Notes: generated by a model not told the origin, from the sequence alone. 64,000 nt of DNA from an uncultured Rivularia sp. (GCA_963665115.1 OY762007.1:4384001-4448000), one strand, 5' to 3'. Positions 49,777 through 59,993 are shown, counted from the stretch's first letter. Made by a program: numbers and translations.

Positions 49777-50265
49777 TCATTTCATAAAATCGAAAATACC
49801 AAATTCCTGACGAATATCTAACAGCGAACGATTCAGCAATGGTTCAAATTCTAAAAAGGGAACTTTATTCTGAAGATTACGAGTTTTAAACCAGATTGAA
49901 ATCAATTCAGGAAGCAATTTAGGTAAAACTGCAAAAATTGATAAATACAGCCAAATTGTCCCATGACGTTTAATTAGATCCTCATACATCACGTCAACGG
50001 CGGGATTTTTTCGCATTTTCAGATATTCTTTAAATGTACATTCACTCGTCCACCAAGATAAAGGTAGCAGTTTCAATTCATCGTACATATCCGTATCGCA
50101 GCCATATATAATATGTGCAACATCATGAGCCAACAGAATTTTACCGAAATCATCTGGTTGTGTTGCATGATTTGTTAAATAGGCATTAATTTTATAGTAT
50201 TCTTCTAAGCCTTGTTGAACTGTTTGATTACTATTTTTATTGGCGTAATGTGGATACTTTTTCAT
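49777..50265 (-). CDS. Hypothetical protein with Coq4-like HDxxHxxxG..E motif
   Basis: AHDVAHIIYGCDTDMYDE; LNRSLLDIRQEFGI. Confidence 0.75.
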   Translation of the reverse strand: MKKYPHYANKNSNQTVQQGLEEYYKINAYLTNHATQPDDFGKILLAHDVAHIIYGCDTDMYDELKLLPLSWWTSECTFKEYLKMRKNPAVDVMYEDLIKRHGTIWLYLSIFAVLPKLLPELISIWFKTRNLQNKVPFLEFEPLLNRSLLDIRQEFGIFDFMK

Positions 50266-50278
50266 TATTTAATGTTTT

Positions 50279-50296
50279 CGATACGTAATCGTTTCA
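50279..50296. promoter_or_regulatory. Candidate TetR operator
   Basis: GATACG-TAAT-CGTTTC imperfect palindrome in the 49-bp divergent spacer. Confidence 0.55.
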
Positions 50297-50314
50297 TAAA
50301 TTATAGTAGTATCT

Positions 50315-50890
50315 ATGAAAGAAGACAATAAGCCACAGGGAAGACCTAGAAGTATCCAATCGCATCAAGCTATATTGAAAGCAACCTTAGAATTGCTTGC
50401 AGAAGTGGGATACGAGCGGATGAGTATTGAGGCGATCGCCAAGAATGCTAAGGTTGGGAAAACTACGATTTACCGACGCTACAAGGGAAAAGAGGAACTA
50501 GTTGCCGATGCAATTGAAAGCGTTAGGGAAGAAGTTGTAATTCCAGATACGGGGAATATTTGGGATGATATCGATGCTTTGATTGAAAATGCTGCACGTA
50601 TCACTTTTAACCCTTTGGGAAGACAAGCTGTAGCGATGATTATTAGTAGCGCATCGAGTAACACTGAATTTGCTGGGATTTATTCTGAGAAATATTTGCA
50701 GCCGAGGAGAGAAGCTTTTGCTGTAGTAATTAAGAGAGCGAAAATTAGAAATGAAGTTCGATTGGATTTAGATGCTGATTTTGTATTTGACGTGATGAGT
50801 GGAATGATGCTTTATGGATTAATATTTCCACCGATATCTGAATCTTGGGAAGAATACGTTCGTCGTGCGGTGGAAGCAGTTGTGAATTAA
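50315..50890 (+). CDS. TetR/AcrR family regulator
   Basis: GRPRS...SIEAIAKNAKVGKTTIYRRY. Confidence 0.93.
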   Translation: MKEDNKPQGRPRSIQSHQAILKATLELLAEVGYERMSIEAIAKNAKVGKTTIYRRYKGKEELVADAIESVREEVVIPDTGNIWDDIDALIENAARITFNPLGRQAVAMIISSASSNTEFAGIYSEKYLQPRREAFAVVIKRAKIRNEVRLDLDADFVFDVMSGMMLYGLIFPPISESWEEYVRRAVEAVVN

Positions 50891-50897
50891 CACTAAT

Positions 50898-51130
50898 TTA
50901 TTTTCTAAATTTATGATTCGTTCTATTTTCTAAAAATAAGACTATTATTGTACCGATTGCATAAGCTAATATATCTTTCCAATCAAATGTATTTCTTAAA
51001 GCAACACTGGCGATTATATTTTTTTGCAATCCTAATTTATTTACAAAATTAAAGTACCGCAAAATTTCTATGGCACAAGCAAATGCAAATACTGATAAAG
51101 CCGCGATCGATGAATTTATATTCCAAAAGG
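50898..51130 (-). pseudogene. 3' fragment of DUF2809-like membrane protein
   Basis: VFAFACAIEILRY...TFDWKDILAYAIG; 5' end abuts a REP at 51132-51156. Confidence 0.55.
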
Positions 51131-51281
51131 GTAGTGCGAGCATCTTGCTCGCTAGTACTATAAAAATTAAATGCGTAGTAGCTTAGGAAATTATCGAGCG
51201 CGTTGGGATTATTCGGTACAACAAACAGATCGGGTTTCAAGTTTTCACTAAAAATCCCGAAAAATTAGTCGGTACATTGTA

Positions 51282-51448
51282 GATGCTCAAGGCAAAGAAA
51301 TTCGCTTCTCTAATCCTCCCCAAAGTTGTGGAGGTGCCGGATTCTCTGAAGAAATAGTTGAAAAACGAAGACAATTAATTGAAGGCTTGCAGAAAAAATA
51401 TACTGTAATAATTATGGGTTGCGATTATAGCGGTATCCCTATTCCTTA
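51282..51448 (+). pseudogene. 3' fragment of a hypothetical gene
   Basis: Startless frame YIVDAQGKEIRFSNPPQSCGG...KKYTVIIMGCDYSGIPIP*. Confidence 0.4.
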
Positions 51449-51516
51449 AATAATGGTTTACTTTATGATAGATATGAATTTATCAAAATAAATCTTTTAA
51501 TCGGGGACATTTACCA

Positions 51517-51846
51517 ATGCCTAAAGTAACTGCTCAGGGAAAAACTTTTGAATGCGAATCCGGTAGTAATTTGCGTCAAGTCTTATTAAATAACGGAATT
51601 GATGTTTATAACGGCAATGCAAAAACCATTAACTGTAGGGGGCTTGGCACTTGCGGTACTTGTGCGGTAGCAGTAAAAGGTGAAGTATCAGAAGCAAGTT
51701 GGAAAGAGAAGGCAAGATTGGGGCTTCCTCCTCATTCTGCTAATAGCGATCGCCGTTTATCTTGTCAAACTAAAGTATTAGGAGATATTCGAGTTACTAA
51801 GTATGATGGCTTTTGGGGACAAGGTTCTGAAGTTGTATGGAGTTAG
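51517..51846 (+). CDS. 2Fe-2S ferredoxin-type protein
   Basis: NCRGLGTCGTC and RLSCQ. Confidence 0.92.
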   Translation: MPKVTAQGKTFECESGSNLRQVLLNNGIDVYNGNAKTINCRGLGTCGTCAVAVKGEVSEASWKEKARLGLPPHSANSDRRLSCQTKVLGDIRVTKYDGFWGQGSEVVWS

Positions 51847-52011
51847 GAATTAGGAATTAGAAGTTGGGAGTTAAGAATATTGGATTTTAGATTTTGCGGA
51901 AGGTTGGGGGTGTAGATTTTCTTCCCCCAAACTTTCTCAGACAGATCTCAGATTTGGAATTAAATTAGATATCTTAATTATTTTTTTACAATCAAGTTTT
52001 AACCCGTTCAA

Positions 52012-52548
52012 ATGAAACTTAATCTTCGTGATGGTTTCTATTTGAGCAGTATTCGTACAAATGACAAAGCTGCTTATTTAGAACATCTCAACGATAAAAC
52101 TATCTCAGATACAATTCCACTTCTGCCATACCCTTATACAGAATCTATGGCAGATTGGTGGATACAGCGACGCATGGATTTTTTGAATCGCAACCAAAAG
52201 GAAATATCTTTTGCACTTCGCAATTCTAAAGGTTATTTAATTGGTTCAATTGGTGTGGATGATTTGAGTATAGGAGAAACGCATCGAGCAGAAGTTGGTT
52301 ATTGGTTAGCACCAGCTTATAGAAGAAAGGGTTTAATAAGTGATGGATTGGATGTTTTTATTCAATACGCATTCGATCGTTTGCAAGTAACACGTCTTAC
52401 TGCTCATACTCTTGATTTTAATACGGCTTCAGCAAGAGTTTTGGAGAAGAATAAATTTAAGTTAGAAGGACGTTTGAAACAACATACCAAAACTCGAAAT
52501 GGTTTGTTTGATACGCTTGCTTGGGGATTATTAAAAACTGATTTTTAG
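52012..52548 (+). CDS. GNAT N-acetyltransferase (RimJ/RimL family)
   Basis: AEVGYWL..YRRKG, NTASARVLEK. Confidence 0.9.
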   Translation: MKLNLRDGFYLSSIRTNDKAAYLEHLNDKTISDTIPLLPYPYTESMADWWIQRRMDFLNRNQKEISFALRNSKGYLIGSIGVDDLSIGETHRAEVGYWLAPAYRRKGLISDGLDVFIQYAFDRLQVTRLTAHTLDFNTASARVLEKNKFKLEGRLKQHTKTRNGLFDTLAWGLLKTDF

Positions 52549-52790
52549 TTCAGCATAAATGTTAACTTTAACTATGTTTAAAGCAAATTGCTTAGTGCTT
52601 TTCATTAATTTTGATGGGTTATGAGCGCTAGATTAAAAAACCTTACTAGTACGCAGAGTACGCTGAGGAAGAGAAAAAAGAGAATTGGTCTGGTAGAATA
52701 CCAACATATATTAATTAAATAACAGAAACCATTAGTCGAATGCTTCTCATCGTCGTAGAATTTACTTGAAGCATCTATCGCAATATTTTT

Positions 52791-53693
52791 ATGTCTAGTA
52801 TTAATCAAATTATCAAGCCCCATCTCAAAGATTTAGGTGGTTTTGAAGCTCGTCGCTGTCTTCCTCACGATAAGCGTCAGATGGTTGGCCCTTTTATTTT
52901 CTTCGATCATTTGGGGCCTGCTGTTTTTCCTGCTGGTAAAGGTGTCGATGTAAGACCTCATCCTCACATAAATTTGGCAACTGTAACTTATTTGCTGGAA
53001 GGGGAATTAATGCATCGCGATAGTTTGGGTACTGTTCAAGAAATTAAACCCGGTGCCGTTAACTGGATGAGTGCAGGTAAAGGTATTGTACATTCAGAGC
53101 GATCGCCAGATGAATCGAGAAATCGCGAAGCTACTTTGCACGCTATTCAAATTTGGGTTGCTCTGCCCAACGAACACGAAGAAACCGAACCTTGGTTTCG
53201 TCATTATCCAAAAGATAATTTACCCGTGTGGGATGAAAACGGTGTGACGATAACCCTGGTTGTAGGAAATGCTTTCAATCGTGCTTCCAAAGTTGAAACT
53301 GTTTCGCCGATGTTTTACTTAGACGTGCAGCTATCACCGAATACAGTGTTTACGTTACCAAATTTATATAGCGAACGAGCAATTTACAGCATTACTCCCG
53401 GTTTGAGTATTGATGGAGAAGCTTTAGAAGAACATCAGTTAGCGGTATTGAATTCTGGGAGTGAAATTAAAATAAGTGCAAATACAGAAGCTCGCTGTAT
53501 CGTTTTTGGCGGCGAGCCAGTTGGAGAACGTTATAAATGGTGGAATTTAGTGTCAAGTCGTCCCGAAAGGATTGATCAAGCAAAACGGGATTGGAAGCAA
53601 GGGAATTTTAGTCAAGTGCCCCAGGAGGAAGAGTTTATTCCGCTGCCCTCGGATGAGGATACTGAGTATAGTCGTCCGCAAGCGCTTTCTTGA
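52791..53693 (+). CDS. Pirin family protein
   Basis: PFIFFDH, HPHINL, HRDSLG, GIVHSE, QIWVALP. Confidence 0.95.
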   Translation: MSSINQIIKPHLKDLGGFEARRCLPHDKRQMVGPFIFFDHLGPAVFPAGKGVDVRPHPHINLATVTYLLEGELMHRDSLGTVQEIKPGAVNWMSAGKGIVHSERSPDESRNREATLHAIQIWVALPNEHEETEPWFRHYPKDNLPVWDENGVTITLVVGNAFNRASKVETVSPMFYLDVQLSPNTVFTLPNLYSERAIYSITPGLSIDGEALEEHQLAVLNSGSEIKISANTEARCIVFGGEPVGERYKWWNLVSSRPERIDQAKRDWKQGNFSQVPQEEEFIPLPSDEDTEYSRPQALS

Positions 53694-53852
53694 GGGGGGA
53701 GAGAGGGAAGAGGGGGAGACAAGGGGACAAGGAAAAGTTTAGATTACTATTACTAATTACTAACTGTATACTCATAACTCCTAACTCCTAACTCTTAACT
53801 ATTAAGCAACGCTTTCGCTATACTAGAATTCAACCTTTCGCTTGCAGTTATT

Positions 53853-54572
53853 ATGATTGCTACCGTTCGTCCCTATAATATTACTTGGGAATTATTACCC
53901 GAAGACTTCATTTTAGACGATGAACCAGTGGATAATGTCAATCAACCGCCTATTGCGGCGGCACTTACTGAAAGTTTAGAATTAGCGGGAAGATTGCCGT
54001 CCACTGCTTTGGTTACGACGAATTACGGCATCTGCGCCACCGTTAATGACAAAATTGTCGTAAAAGCTCCCGATTGGGCTTTTGTACCGCAAGTAAACGT
54101 AGCCAGAGAGGAAGTAAAACGCAGCTACACCCCTAATTTACAAGGTGATATTCCTGTAGTGGTAATGGAATTTCTCTCGGATGCAGAAGGGACAGAATAT
54201 TCCAGCAAACGCACCTATCCCCCTGGAAAATGGTTTTACTACGAGCAAATTTTACAAATTCCTAACTATATTATTTTTGAACCACAAAGCGGTTGTTTGG
54301 AAGTGCATCATTTGGATGAATCGGGATATGATTTGCGCTCCTCCGACGAAAATAACCGTTACTGGTTGAATGAGATGCAACTATTTATCGGAGTTTGGCA
54401 GGGAAGACGAGAAAACCGCGATGGTTACTGGTTGCGGTGGTGGGATGAAGCCGGTAATTTGCTGTTGTGGGGAACTGAGTTAGTTGTGCAGGAGAGAGAA
54501 GCTAAGGAAAATGCTTTGAAGCGGTTGGAAGAGTTAGAACAAAAGTTGCGGGATGCTGGGATTGAGCCTTAG
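53853..54572 (+). CDS. Uma2-family endonuclease
   Basis: KAPDW, VMEFLS, WLRWWD, tail LRDAGIEP. Confidence 0.9.
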   Translation: MIATVRPYNITWELLPEDFILDDEPVDNVNQPPIAAALTESLELAGRLPSTALVTTNYGICATVNDKIVVKAPDWAFVPQVNVAREEVKRSYTPNLQGDIPVVVMEFLSDAEGTEYSSKRTYPPGKWFYYEQILQIPNYIIFEPQSGCLEVHHLDESGYDLRSSDENNRYWLNEMQLFIGVWQGRRENRDGYWLRWWDEAGNLLLWGTELVVQEREAKENALKRLEELEQKLRDAGIEP

Positions 54573-54633
54573 TTAAGTCAAAAATAAAAATACAGCATAT
54601 TGCAGGTTTATAAGGTACAGCAGTAGCAAAAAT

Positions 54634-55056
54634 TTAAGGGCTGAGCGACAAGATAAACCCGGTTAGCATCAAACCTATTGACAGTAAAGTTAAGTTAACC
54701 GGAGGTAATCCTGCTGTACGATTTTTCACGAGAAGTGTGGCATAAAGTGAAGATAATGAAGTCACAAAACCTATAGTTGGAATAATATAAATTATCCATT
54801 CTTCCGTTGTTTTTATATATAAATATATTAATAAAATTACTGCCATACCAGTTGCAAGAAAGCCACCCCCAGCAACTCGCATTAATGCCAAAATTAAAGT
54901 TTGAGTTTTTATGTCTAATTCCGTCCATTCTCTCTCTAATGCTACTGCATGATAAGGCATGAATTCTGAGCGGGTTAGATAAATAATTCCAAATATAATA
55001 GAGACAATGGCTGTAATTGAGTAGCAGGAAAATGATATCTTAAGTATAGCGGTCAT
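54634..55056 (-). CDS. Hypothetical 4-TM membrane protein
   Basis: Four hydrophobic segments, EFMPYH; start chosen at MTAILK. Confidence 0.7.
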   Translation of the reverse strand: MTAILKISFSCYSITAIVSIIFGIIYLTRSEFMPYHAVALEREWTELDIKTQTLILALMRVAGGGFLATGMAVILLIYLYIKTTEEWIIYIIPTIGFVTSLSSLYATLLVKNRTAGLPPVNLTLLSIGLMLTGFILSLSP

Positions 55057-55082
55057 TGTTTTTAGTGAAACCAAATTTATTA

Positions 55083-55991
55083 TTAATAGTTTATACATAT
55101 CTTGATGCTTTCTAAAACCGATTGAGAGAGACTTTCTAATTCATATCCACCTTCTAAACCAAATAAAACTTTGGATGTGATTTTCAAAGAATATTTGGTA
55201 AGCACAGCATAATCTTGAGGATGTAGCTCAATCTTAGACATTAAATCAGTTTTATTTGCATCGTATCCAGCGCTGACAATAAGCAAATCTGGACGGAAGT
55301 TATCGAAAAAGGGAAGAACTTTAGTTTCAAATAATTGATGATAAGTTTGTATATTGCTACCGGGAGCGATGGGGAGATTTAATATATTGCTTAATTTGCC
55401 TGTTTCTTCAGATTTCCCTGTGTGTGGATAACCGGGAGATTGATGAATTGAACAGAAGGCAATATTGGAATTATTTTCGACAGCAGCTTGGGTTCCATTT
55501 CCATGATGAACATCCCAATCTAAAATACCAACTCGTTTAATATTTTGATTATTTAGTGCGTAAATAGCGGCGATCGCCACATTACAGAAAATGCAAAATC
55601 CCATACCTTCATCTCGAAGTGCATGATGCCCCGGTGGTCTTGCTAAAATAAAAGCAGGTTTTTCTTGCTGGCAAACTATATCAATTCCATCGAGCCAAGC
55701 ATTCACCGCCAGACAAGCCACCTCAAAGCTGTGTGGGAAAATCTGGGTTGATTCAAAACAACCATAACCTCTAGCAGAATAAGCACGAACTAAATCTATG
55801 TAGCTAGTTGAATGAATTTGTTCGATTGCTTCCACTGCATTTCTAGAAGACGGTTCGATCCATTCAATTTTATCAGCAACCGTTGAAGCTTTTAATTTAT
55901 TTACTATTTCTATTAATCTTTCGGGTTGCTCTGGATGCATATACCCGGTTTTATGCAGCAGGAATTTATCGGAGTAGATGACGGGAATCAT
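55083..55991 (-). CDS. Histone deacetylase family protein
   Basis: HPEQPER, RPPGHH, GFCIF, DWDVHHGNGTQ, SAGYD, LEGGY. Confidence 0.94.
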   Translation of the reverse strand: MIPVIYSDKFLLHKTGYMHPEQPERLIEIVNKLKASTVADKIEWIEPSSRNAVEAIEQIHSTSYIDLVRAYSARGYGCFESTQIFPHSFEVACLAVNAWLDGIDIVCQQEKPAFILARPPGHHALRDEGMGFCIFCNVAIAAIYALNNQNIKRVGILDWDVHHGNGTQAAVENNSNIAFCSIHQSPGYPHTGKSEETGKLSNILNLPIAPGSNIQTYHQLFETKVLPFFDNFRPDLLIVSAGYDANKTDLMSKIELHPQDYAVLTKYSLKITSKVLFGLEGGYELESLSQSVLESIKICINY

Positions 55992-56042
55992 TGAAATATG
56001 GGTTTAGGTAAACCAAATAATTTAACATATAATTAAAAGTTA

Positions 56043-56339
56043 CTAACTCCGCTTCTGCCACCCTTGAGGATTCTTGCTACCATGAAAAACGGCCGTAATA
56101 ATTATCCGACTTGATACAATTCTGTAATACACTGCATAGGGAAAACGTTTTACAACTGCTCATCTCACATCACGGTAAACAATAGGATACGATTCCGGAA
56201 GCAAGCAAATAGCATTTAGTTTCTCATCAATGCAATCTAAAAAATCTTCACCAAGCCCCGATTGCTGATTTTCATATCAATTATACGCTTCGTCTAGTTC
56301 ATCACGGACTTGTGGACGAAATACTAATACATAATTCAT
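56043..56339 (-). pseudogene. RelE/ParE-family toxin with two in-frame TGA stops
   Basis: MNYVLVFRPQVRDELDEAYN*YENQQSGLGEDF...DVR*AVVKRFPY...AVFHGSKNPQGW; stops at 56277-56279 and 56160-56162. Confidence 0.88.
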
Positions 56340-56557
56340 GTTTTTCGGATAGACTCTCTAACCTCTTGCCATGTCATTACATTATCGGAATTCGCGTCAC
56401 TATCGGCAATTCTATTCTCAAGTTCTTGTTTTTGTTCGTCTGTAAGTTCGGGATATGCTTGTTCGGCTGCAATACTATCCCAAATGGCTTGTACAAGAAG
56501 AATTCTATCTTCAACTTTTAAAGTGTTTATTTCGTTCAAGGTAGCTGTGATATCCAT
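56336..56557 (-). CDS. Addiction-module antitoxin (TIGR02574-like)
   Basis: EDRILLVQAIWDSI...ELENRI...TWQEVR; ATGA overlap with the toxin. Confidence 0.85.
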   Translation of the reverse strand: MDITATLNEINTLKVEDRILLVQAIWDSIAAEQAYPELTDEQKQELENRIADSDANSDNVMTWQEVRESIRKT

Positions 56558-56650
56558 AAAATAATCAGTTTAATGCTTATTTAATTTCAATATAATTCAT
56601 ATCCGATTTAAAAGGGTAACATGGTTCGTAGTTTGGCTTCAACGTAGTTT

Positions 56651-56815
56651 GTAGGTTGGGTTGAATAAAGAGAATCCCAACATCATCATGATAACTAAAA
56701 CGAATAACTCAACTGTTAAATAATCTTATCTCAAACTAAAACCTTGATGTTGGGTTAAAGGTGTATTTCACCTTTTTTTAAGTAAGTTTATTTTTACACC
56801 TTTAACCCAACCTAC
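56651..56815. repeat. Inverted GTAG-REP doublet (REPIN-like)
   Basis: GTAGGTTGGGTT...CCCAAC and GTTGGGTTAAAGGTGT...ACACCTTTAACCCAACCTAC. Confidence 0.75.
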
Positions 56816-56819
56816 AATC

Positions 56820-56926
56820 TACAGCACTTTGCAAACAAGTGAGGTACAGCCTCATATTACAAAACTCTTGTGGGATGGGCATCCCTGCCCGTCCGAATGT
56901 ACCACACAAAGATGAAATATGCTGTA
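56820..56926. mobile_element. 107-bp MITE-like element, copy 1
   Basis: TACAGCA...TGCTGTA ends; core TGTGGGATGGGCATCCCTGCCCGTCC. Confidence 0.75.
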
Positions 56927-56949
56927 ATTGATCTCGCACTACACAACAA

Positions 56950-57363
56950 CTACTCATCACTAACCTTCTTCCGATTATTTTTAACCTGACTTCGCCTTCT
57001 TTTAGATTCAACACGCCTTCTTTGCGAACCTTTTGTAGGTTTGGTAGCTCTACGTTTCTTCTTAACTACCATCGCACTTTTAATAAGTTGTTTTAACCGA
57101 GATATCGCATCTTCTCGATTTTTTAATTGACTTCTGTATTCTTGAGCTTTAATTATAATAATTCCATCTTGGGTAATCCGATTATCATTTAATTTCAAAA
57201 GCCGCTCTTTATAATAACCTGGTAGCGAGGAAGCTTGAATATCAAAACGTAAATGAATAGCTGTCGCAACCTTGTTCACATTTTGTCCACCCGCTCCTTG
57301 AGAACGAATTGCACTAATTTCGATTTCGCTGTCGGGAATAATTACGCTGTGGGAAATTTGCAT
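56950..57363 (-). CDS. arfB: Alternative ribosome rescue peptidyl-tRNA hydrolase
   Basis: [17 protein letters not shown], basic C-terminal tail. Confidence 0.95.
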   Translation of the reverse strand: MQISHSVIIPDSEIEISAIRSQGAGGQNVNKVATAIHLRFDIQASSLPGYYKERLLKLNDNRITQDGIIIIKAQEYRSQLKNREDAISRLKQLIKSAMVVKKKRRATKPTKGSQRRRVESKRRRSQVKNNRKKVSDE

Positions 57364-57548
57364 TAATAAAATTGGGGATTGGGCATTGGGGATTAGTAGT
57401 AGGTAATGGGTAATGAGAAGAAATAATTCCTAACTCCTAAATAATTTGCAATATCTGCTAAAACTTAGGTTAAAAATAAGATGATTCAATATTGACTCGA
57501 TTCATAGGTTGAATTATTACAATACATGAAGATATTGGTAGCAGCAGC

Positions 57549-58154
57549 ATGAATATTATTGCGGCATTGTGTTTGGGTATTGGTTTGAGCGCTGCTTGTG
57601 GGTTTCGGGTGTTTATTCCACCTTTAGCCCTTAGTATTGCAGCCCACGGTGGAATGCTTACTCTTTCTTCTGAGTGGGAATGGTTGGGAAGTGAGAGTGC
57701 AATTACTACTTTAAGTATTGCTGCAACTGTTGAAGTATTTGCTTACTTCATTCCTTGGGTAAGTAACTTTCTTGATTCTATCGAAATACTTCTTGCTCCC
57801 ATAGCTGGAATGATTATGACTGCATCAACTTTATCAATGGCTGGAGACTTCGATCCTACTCTTTTATGGATTTTGACGATTATTACTGGGGGAGCTACTG
57901 CCGAAACTGTCGAATTGACAACATCTGTCACCAGGTTAACTGCATCTGTTTCAACCGCTGGCATGGGAGGGCCAATTATTGGTTTAGTTGAAGCTATCTC
58001 ATCGGCGATTATTTCGATTTTGGCAATTAGTTTACCTATTTTATCAACGCTGCTGGTTATTTTTCTGTTAATTTACAGTGTTCGTCGGATTTTGAAGTTT
58101 ATCGCCAAGCGGAAACGCAGACGCAAGATGAGGAATGTTGTGGATGAAGGATGA
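57549..58154 (+). CDS. DUF4126-like membrane protein
   Basis: GLSAACGFRVFIP, AYFIPWVSNFLD. Confidence 0.85.
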   Translation: MNIIAALCLGIGLSAACGFRVFIPPLALSIAAHGGMLTLSSEWEWLGSESAITTLSIAATVEVFAYFIPWVSNFLDSIEILLAPIAGMIMTASTLSMAGDFDPTLLWILTIITGGATAETVELTTSVTRLTASVSTAGMGGPIIGLVEAISSAIISILAISLPILSTLLVIFLLIYSVRRILKFIAKRKRRRKMRNVVDEG

Positions 58155-58441
58155 TATTTGGTAGTTACCCGTGCAAAATTAATTTAACATTTCGTATAGG
58201 CAGGGAATAGGGAAAAGGAAACGGGTAACAGTTATATATCTTAGTAGTAAATATATAAATAATAATGCTTAACTACTTAATTACAATTGTAGAATTTGTA
58301 ACTCAATTTCCAAGTTTTTTAAAGTTAACTAAAACTTGTAGGGTGCTGTGACACTTTGAATCATTTTGAATGTAGAATAATGGTCTTTCAGTGTCACGCA
58401 CCACCAGAGTTTTGTCACATTTGCGGCTATTCCTATTAATT

Positions 58442-58744
58442 TCAAACTTCTTTAAACCTAACTAAAGATATTTGATTGTAAATTTGATCATTTTCATTAA
58501 TCGCTTGACGTAAATCGTATTGGGTTTGTAAATTGAGCCAAAATTGAGCGCTGTTGCCGAAATAACGCGATAAACGCAAAGCTGTATCGGCTGTAATGCT
58601 GCGTTTCCCGGATAAAATTTCGCTGATTCTGGTTTGAGTTACACCTATATCTTTACTCAAACGATAAGCGCTAATGTTCATTGGTTGAAGAAATTCTAGC
58701 TGTAATATTTCACCGGGGTGGATATTTGGTAAGCAGTTGTTCAT
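58442..58744 (-). CDS. higA: HigA-family antitoxin
   Basis: IHPGEIL, ITADTALRL, FWLNLQTQYDL. Confidence 0.93.
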   Translation of the reverse strand: MNNCLPNIHPGEILQLEFLQPMNISAYRLSKDIGVTQTRISEILSGKRSITADTALRLSRYFGNSAQFWLNLQTQYDLRQAINENDQIYNQISLVRFKEV

Positions 58745-58751
58745 ATGATTT

Positions 58752-59036
58752 TTAATGGTAGTCTACTATTTCAACTTCATCTGCATTATTTTCATTTGTC
58801 CAAATAAAGCAAATTCGCCATTTATCGTTGATGCGGATGCTATATTGCCCTTTTCTGTCACCACTTAGTTTTTCCAATTTGTTACCTGGTGGCACTCGTA
58901 AATCATTAATTGATGTTGCTGCATCAAGTAAGAGTAATTTTCGTAGAGCAACCCTTTGAATATCTTGTGGATAATCGGTAGATTTAAAGCCATCAAATAT
59001 AAGCCTCACTTCTTCCGATTTGAAATTAACAATCAT
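58752..59036 (-). CDS. higB: HigB-family toxin
   Basis: DLRVPPGNKLEKL, YSIRINDKWRICF, EIVDYH. Confidence 0.93.
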   Translation of the reverse strand: MIVNFKSEEVRLIFDGFKSTDYPQDIQRVALRKLLLLDAATSINDLRVPPGNKLEKLSGDRKGQYSIRINDKWRICFIWTNENNADEVEIVDYH

Positions 59037-59187
59037 ATTATTATATTATCGCCTAACGATACTATCGCCAAGCGTAAGTATACATTAATGGTTCTCGCCT
59101 TCCCTGACTTTATAAGCTCGAAGCTGGATCTATAATTATCGCAGGATAATATAAAAGTATTTTCCTTTGTCATATTTGGGATAACTG

Positions 59188-59412
59188 ATGAAAGCAATTA
59201 AAGCGATGGGAACCATTGATGAAGATGGACAACTTACTTTAGATAGTCCCATAGCTACAGATAAAAATAGTCGGGTTGAAGTAATTGTTTTAATTAAAGA
59301 AGCTACAGAAGTGGATGAAGATGATACACCATTAGAGGTAATTAAAGAAAATTTTCGTCAAGCTTGGGATGAAGCTCGGAGCGGAAAAACTATTCCTGCT
59401 TCTCAGATTTGA
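59188..59412 (+). CDS. Putative antitoxin (C-terminus slightly shortened)
   Basis: GTIDEDGQL...ENFRQAWDEARSGKTIP; reads SQI*NGIEDV* through a TGA. Confidence 0.7.
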   Translation: MKAIKAMGTIDEDGQLTLDSPIATDKNSRVEVIVLIKEATEVDEDDTPLEVIKENFRQAWDEARSGKTIPASQI

Positions 59413-59425
59413 AATGGGATTGAGG

Positions 59426-59620
59426 ATGTCTGAGCAAGAAGTTATTCAAGTTGAAGCAGCACTAACATTTAAGCGGAATTTACGTACTTTGGCTAAAAGA
59501 TATCGCAGCATTCGCAACGATGTACAACCCGTAATCGAACAACTTGAAGCAGGAGAATTACCTGGAAACCGGATTTCTGGAATTGGGTATGAAGTTTTTA
59601 AGCTGCGTTTTAAGAATAGA
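59426..59620 (+). pseudogene. 5' half of RelE/HigB-like toxin
   Basis: FKRNLRTLAKRYRSIRNDV...GELPGNRISG...VFKLR; similarity then ends and the frame runs into REP/MITE sequence. Confidence 0.75.
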
Positions 59621-59779
59621 GAGGGGAAAGGGTTAAGAAATCCTATTATGATGGATTCTTTTATTTTAATTAGTAGGGTGTGTGACGGTTACGAGAAATT
59701 ATTAATAATAACGAAAATTGTTAATATTGCCGTCACGCACCATTTTTTGATTCCGAATTATTCAAAAATTAAAATCAAT

Positions 59780-59886
59780 TACAGCACTTTGCAGGAAAAT
59801 AAAGTACAAGGCTACAGACTAAAACTCTTGTGGGATGGGCATCCCTGCCCGTCCAAATGTACCTCATTAAGATGAAATATGCTGTA
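59780..59886. mobile_element. 107-bp MITE-like element, copy 2
   Basis: Same ends, core and length as 56820-56926. Confidence 0.75.
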
Positions 59887-59993
59887 AATCAACCATTTAA
59901 ACCTCACCCCGTACTGACGGACACCCCTCTCCTTGTTAAGTGGGTAATGATTCTAACCGATACTTTACAATTTAATAGTTAATTGTTTTGGCG

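Noticed and set aside
56043..59433. TGA-to-Trp recoding suggested by in-frame TGAs
   Set aside because: One TGA replaces a likely Arg, another remnant has TAG, and TGA ends many normal genes in the window
59369..59875. 168-aa ORF as a real fusion protein
   Set aside because: Only residues 20 to about 84 are toxin-like; the rest is read-through into REP and MITE sequence
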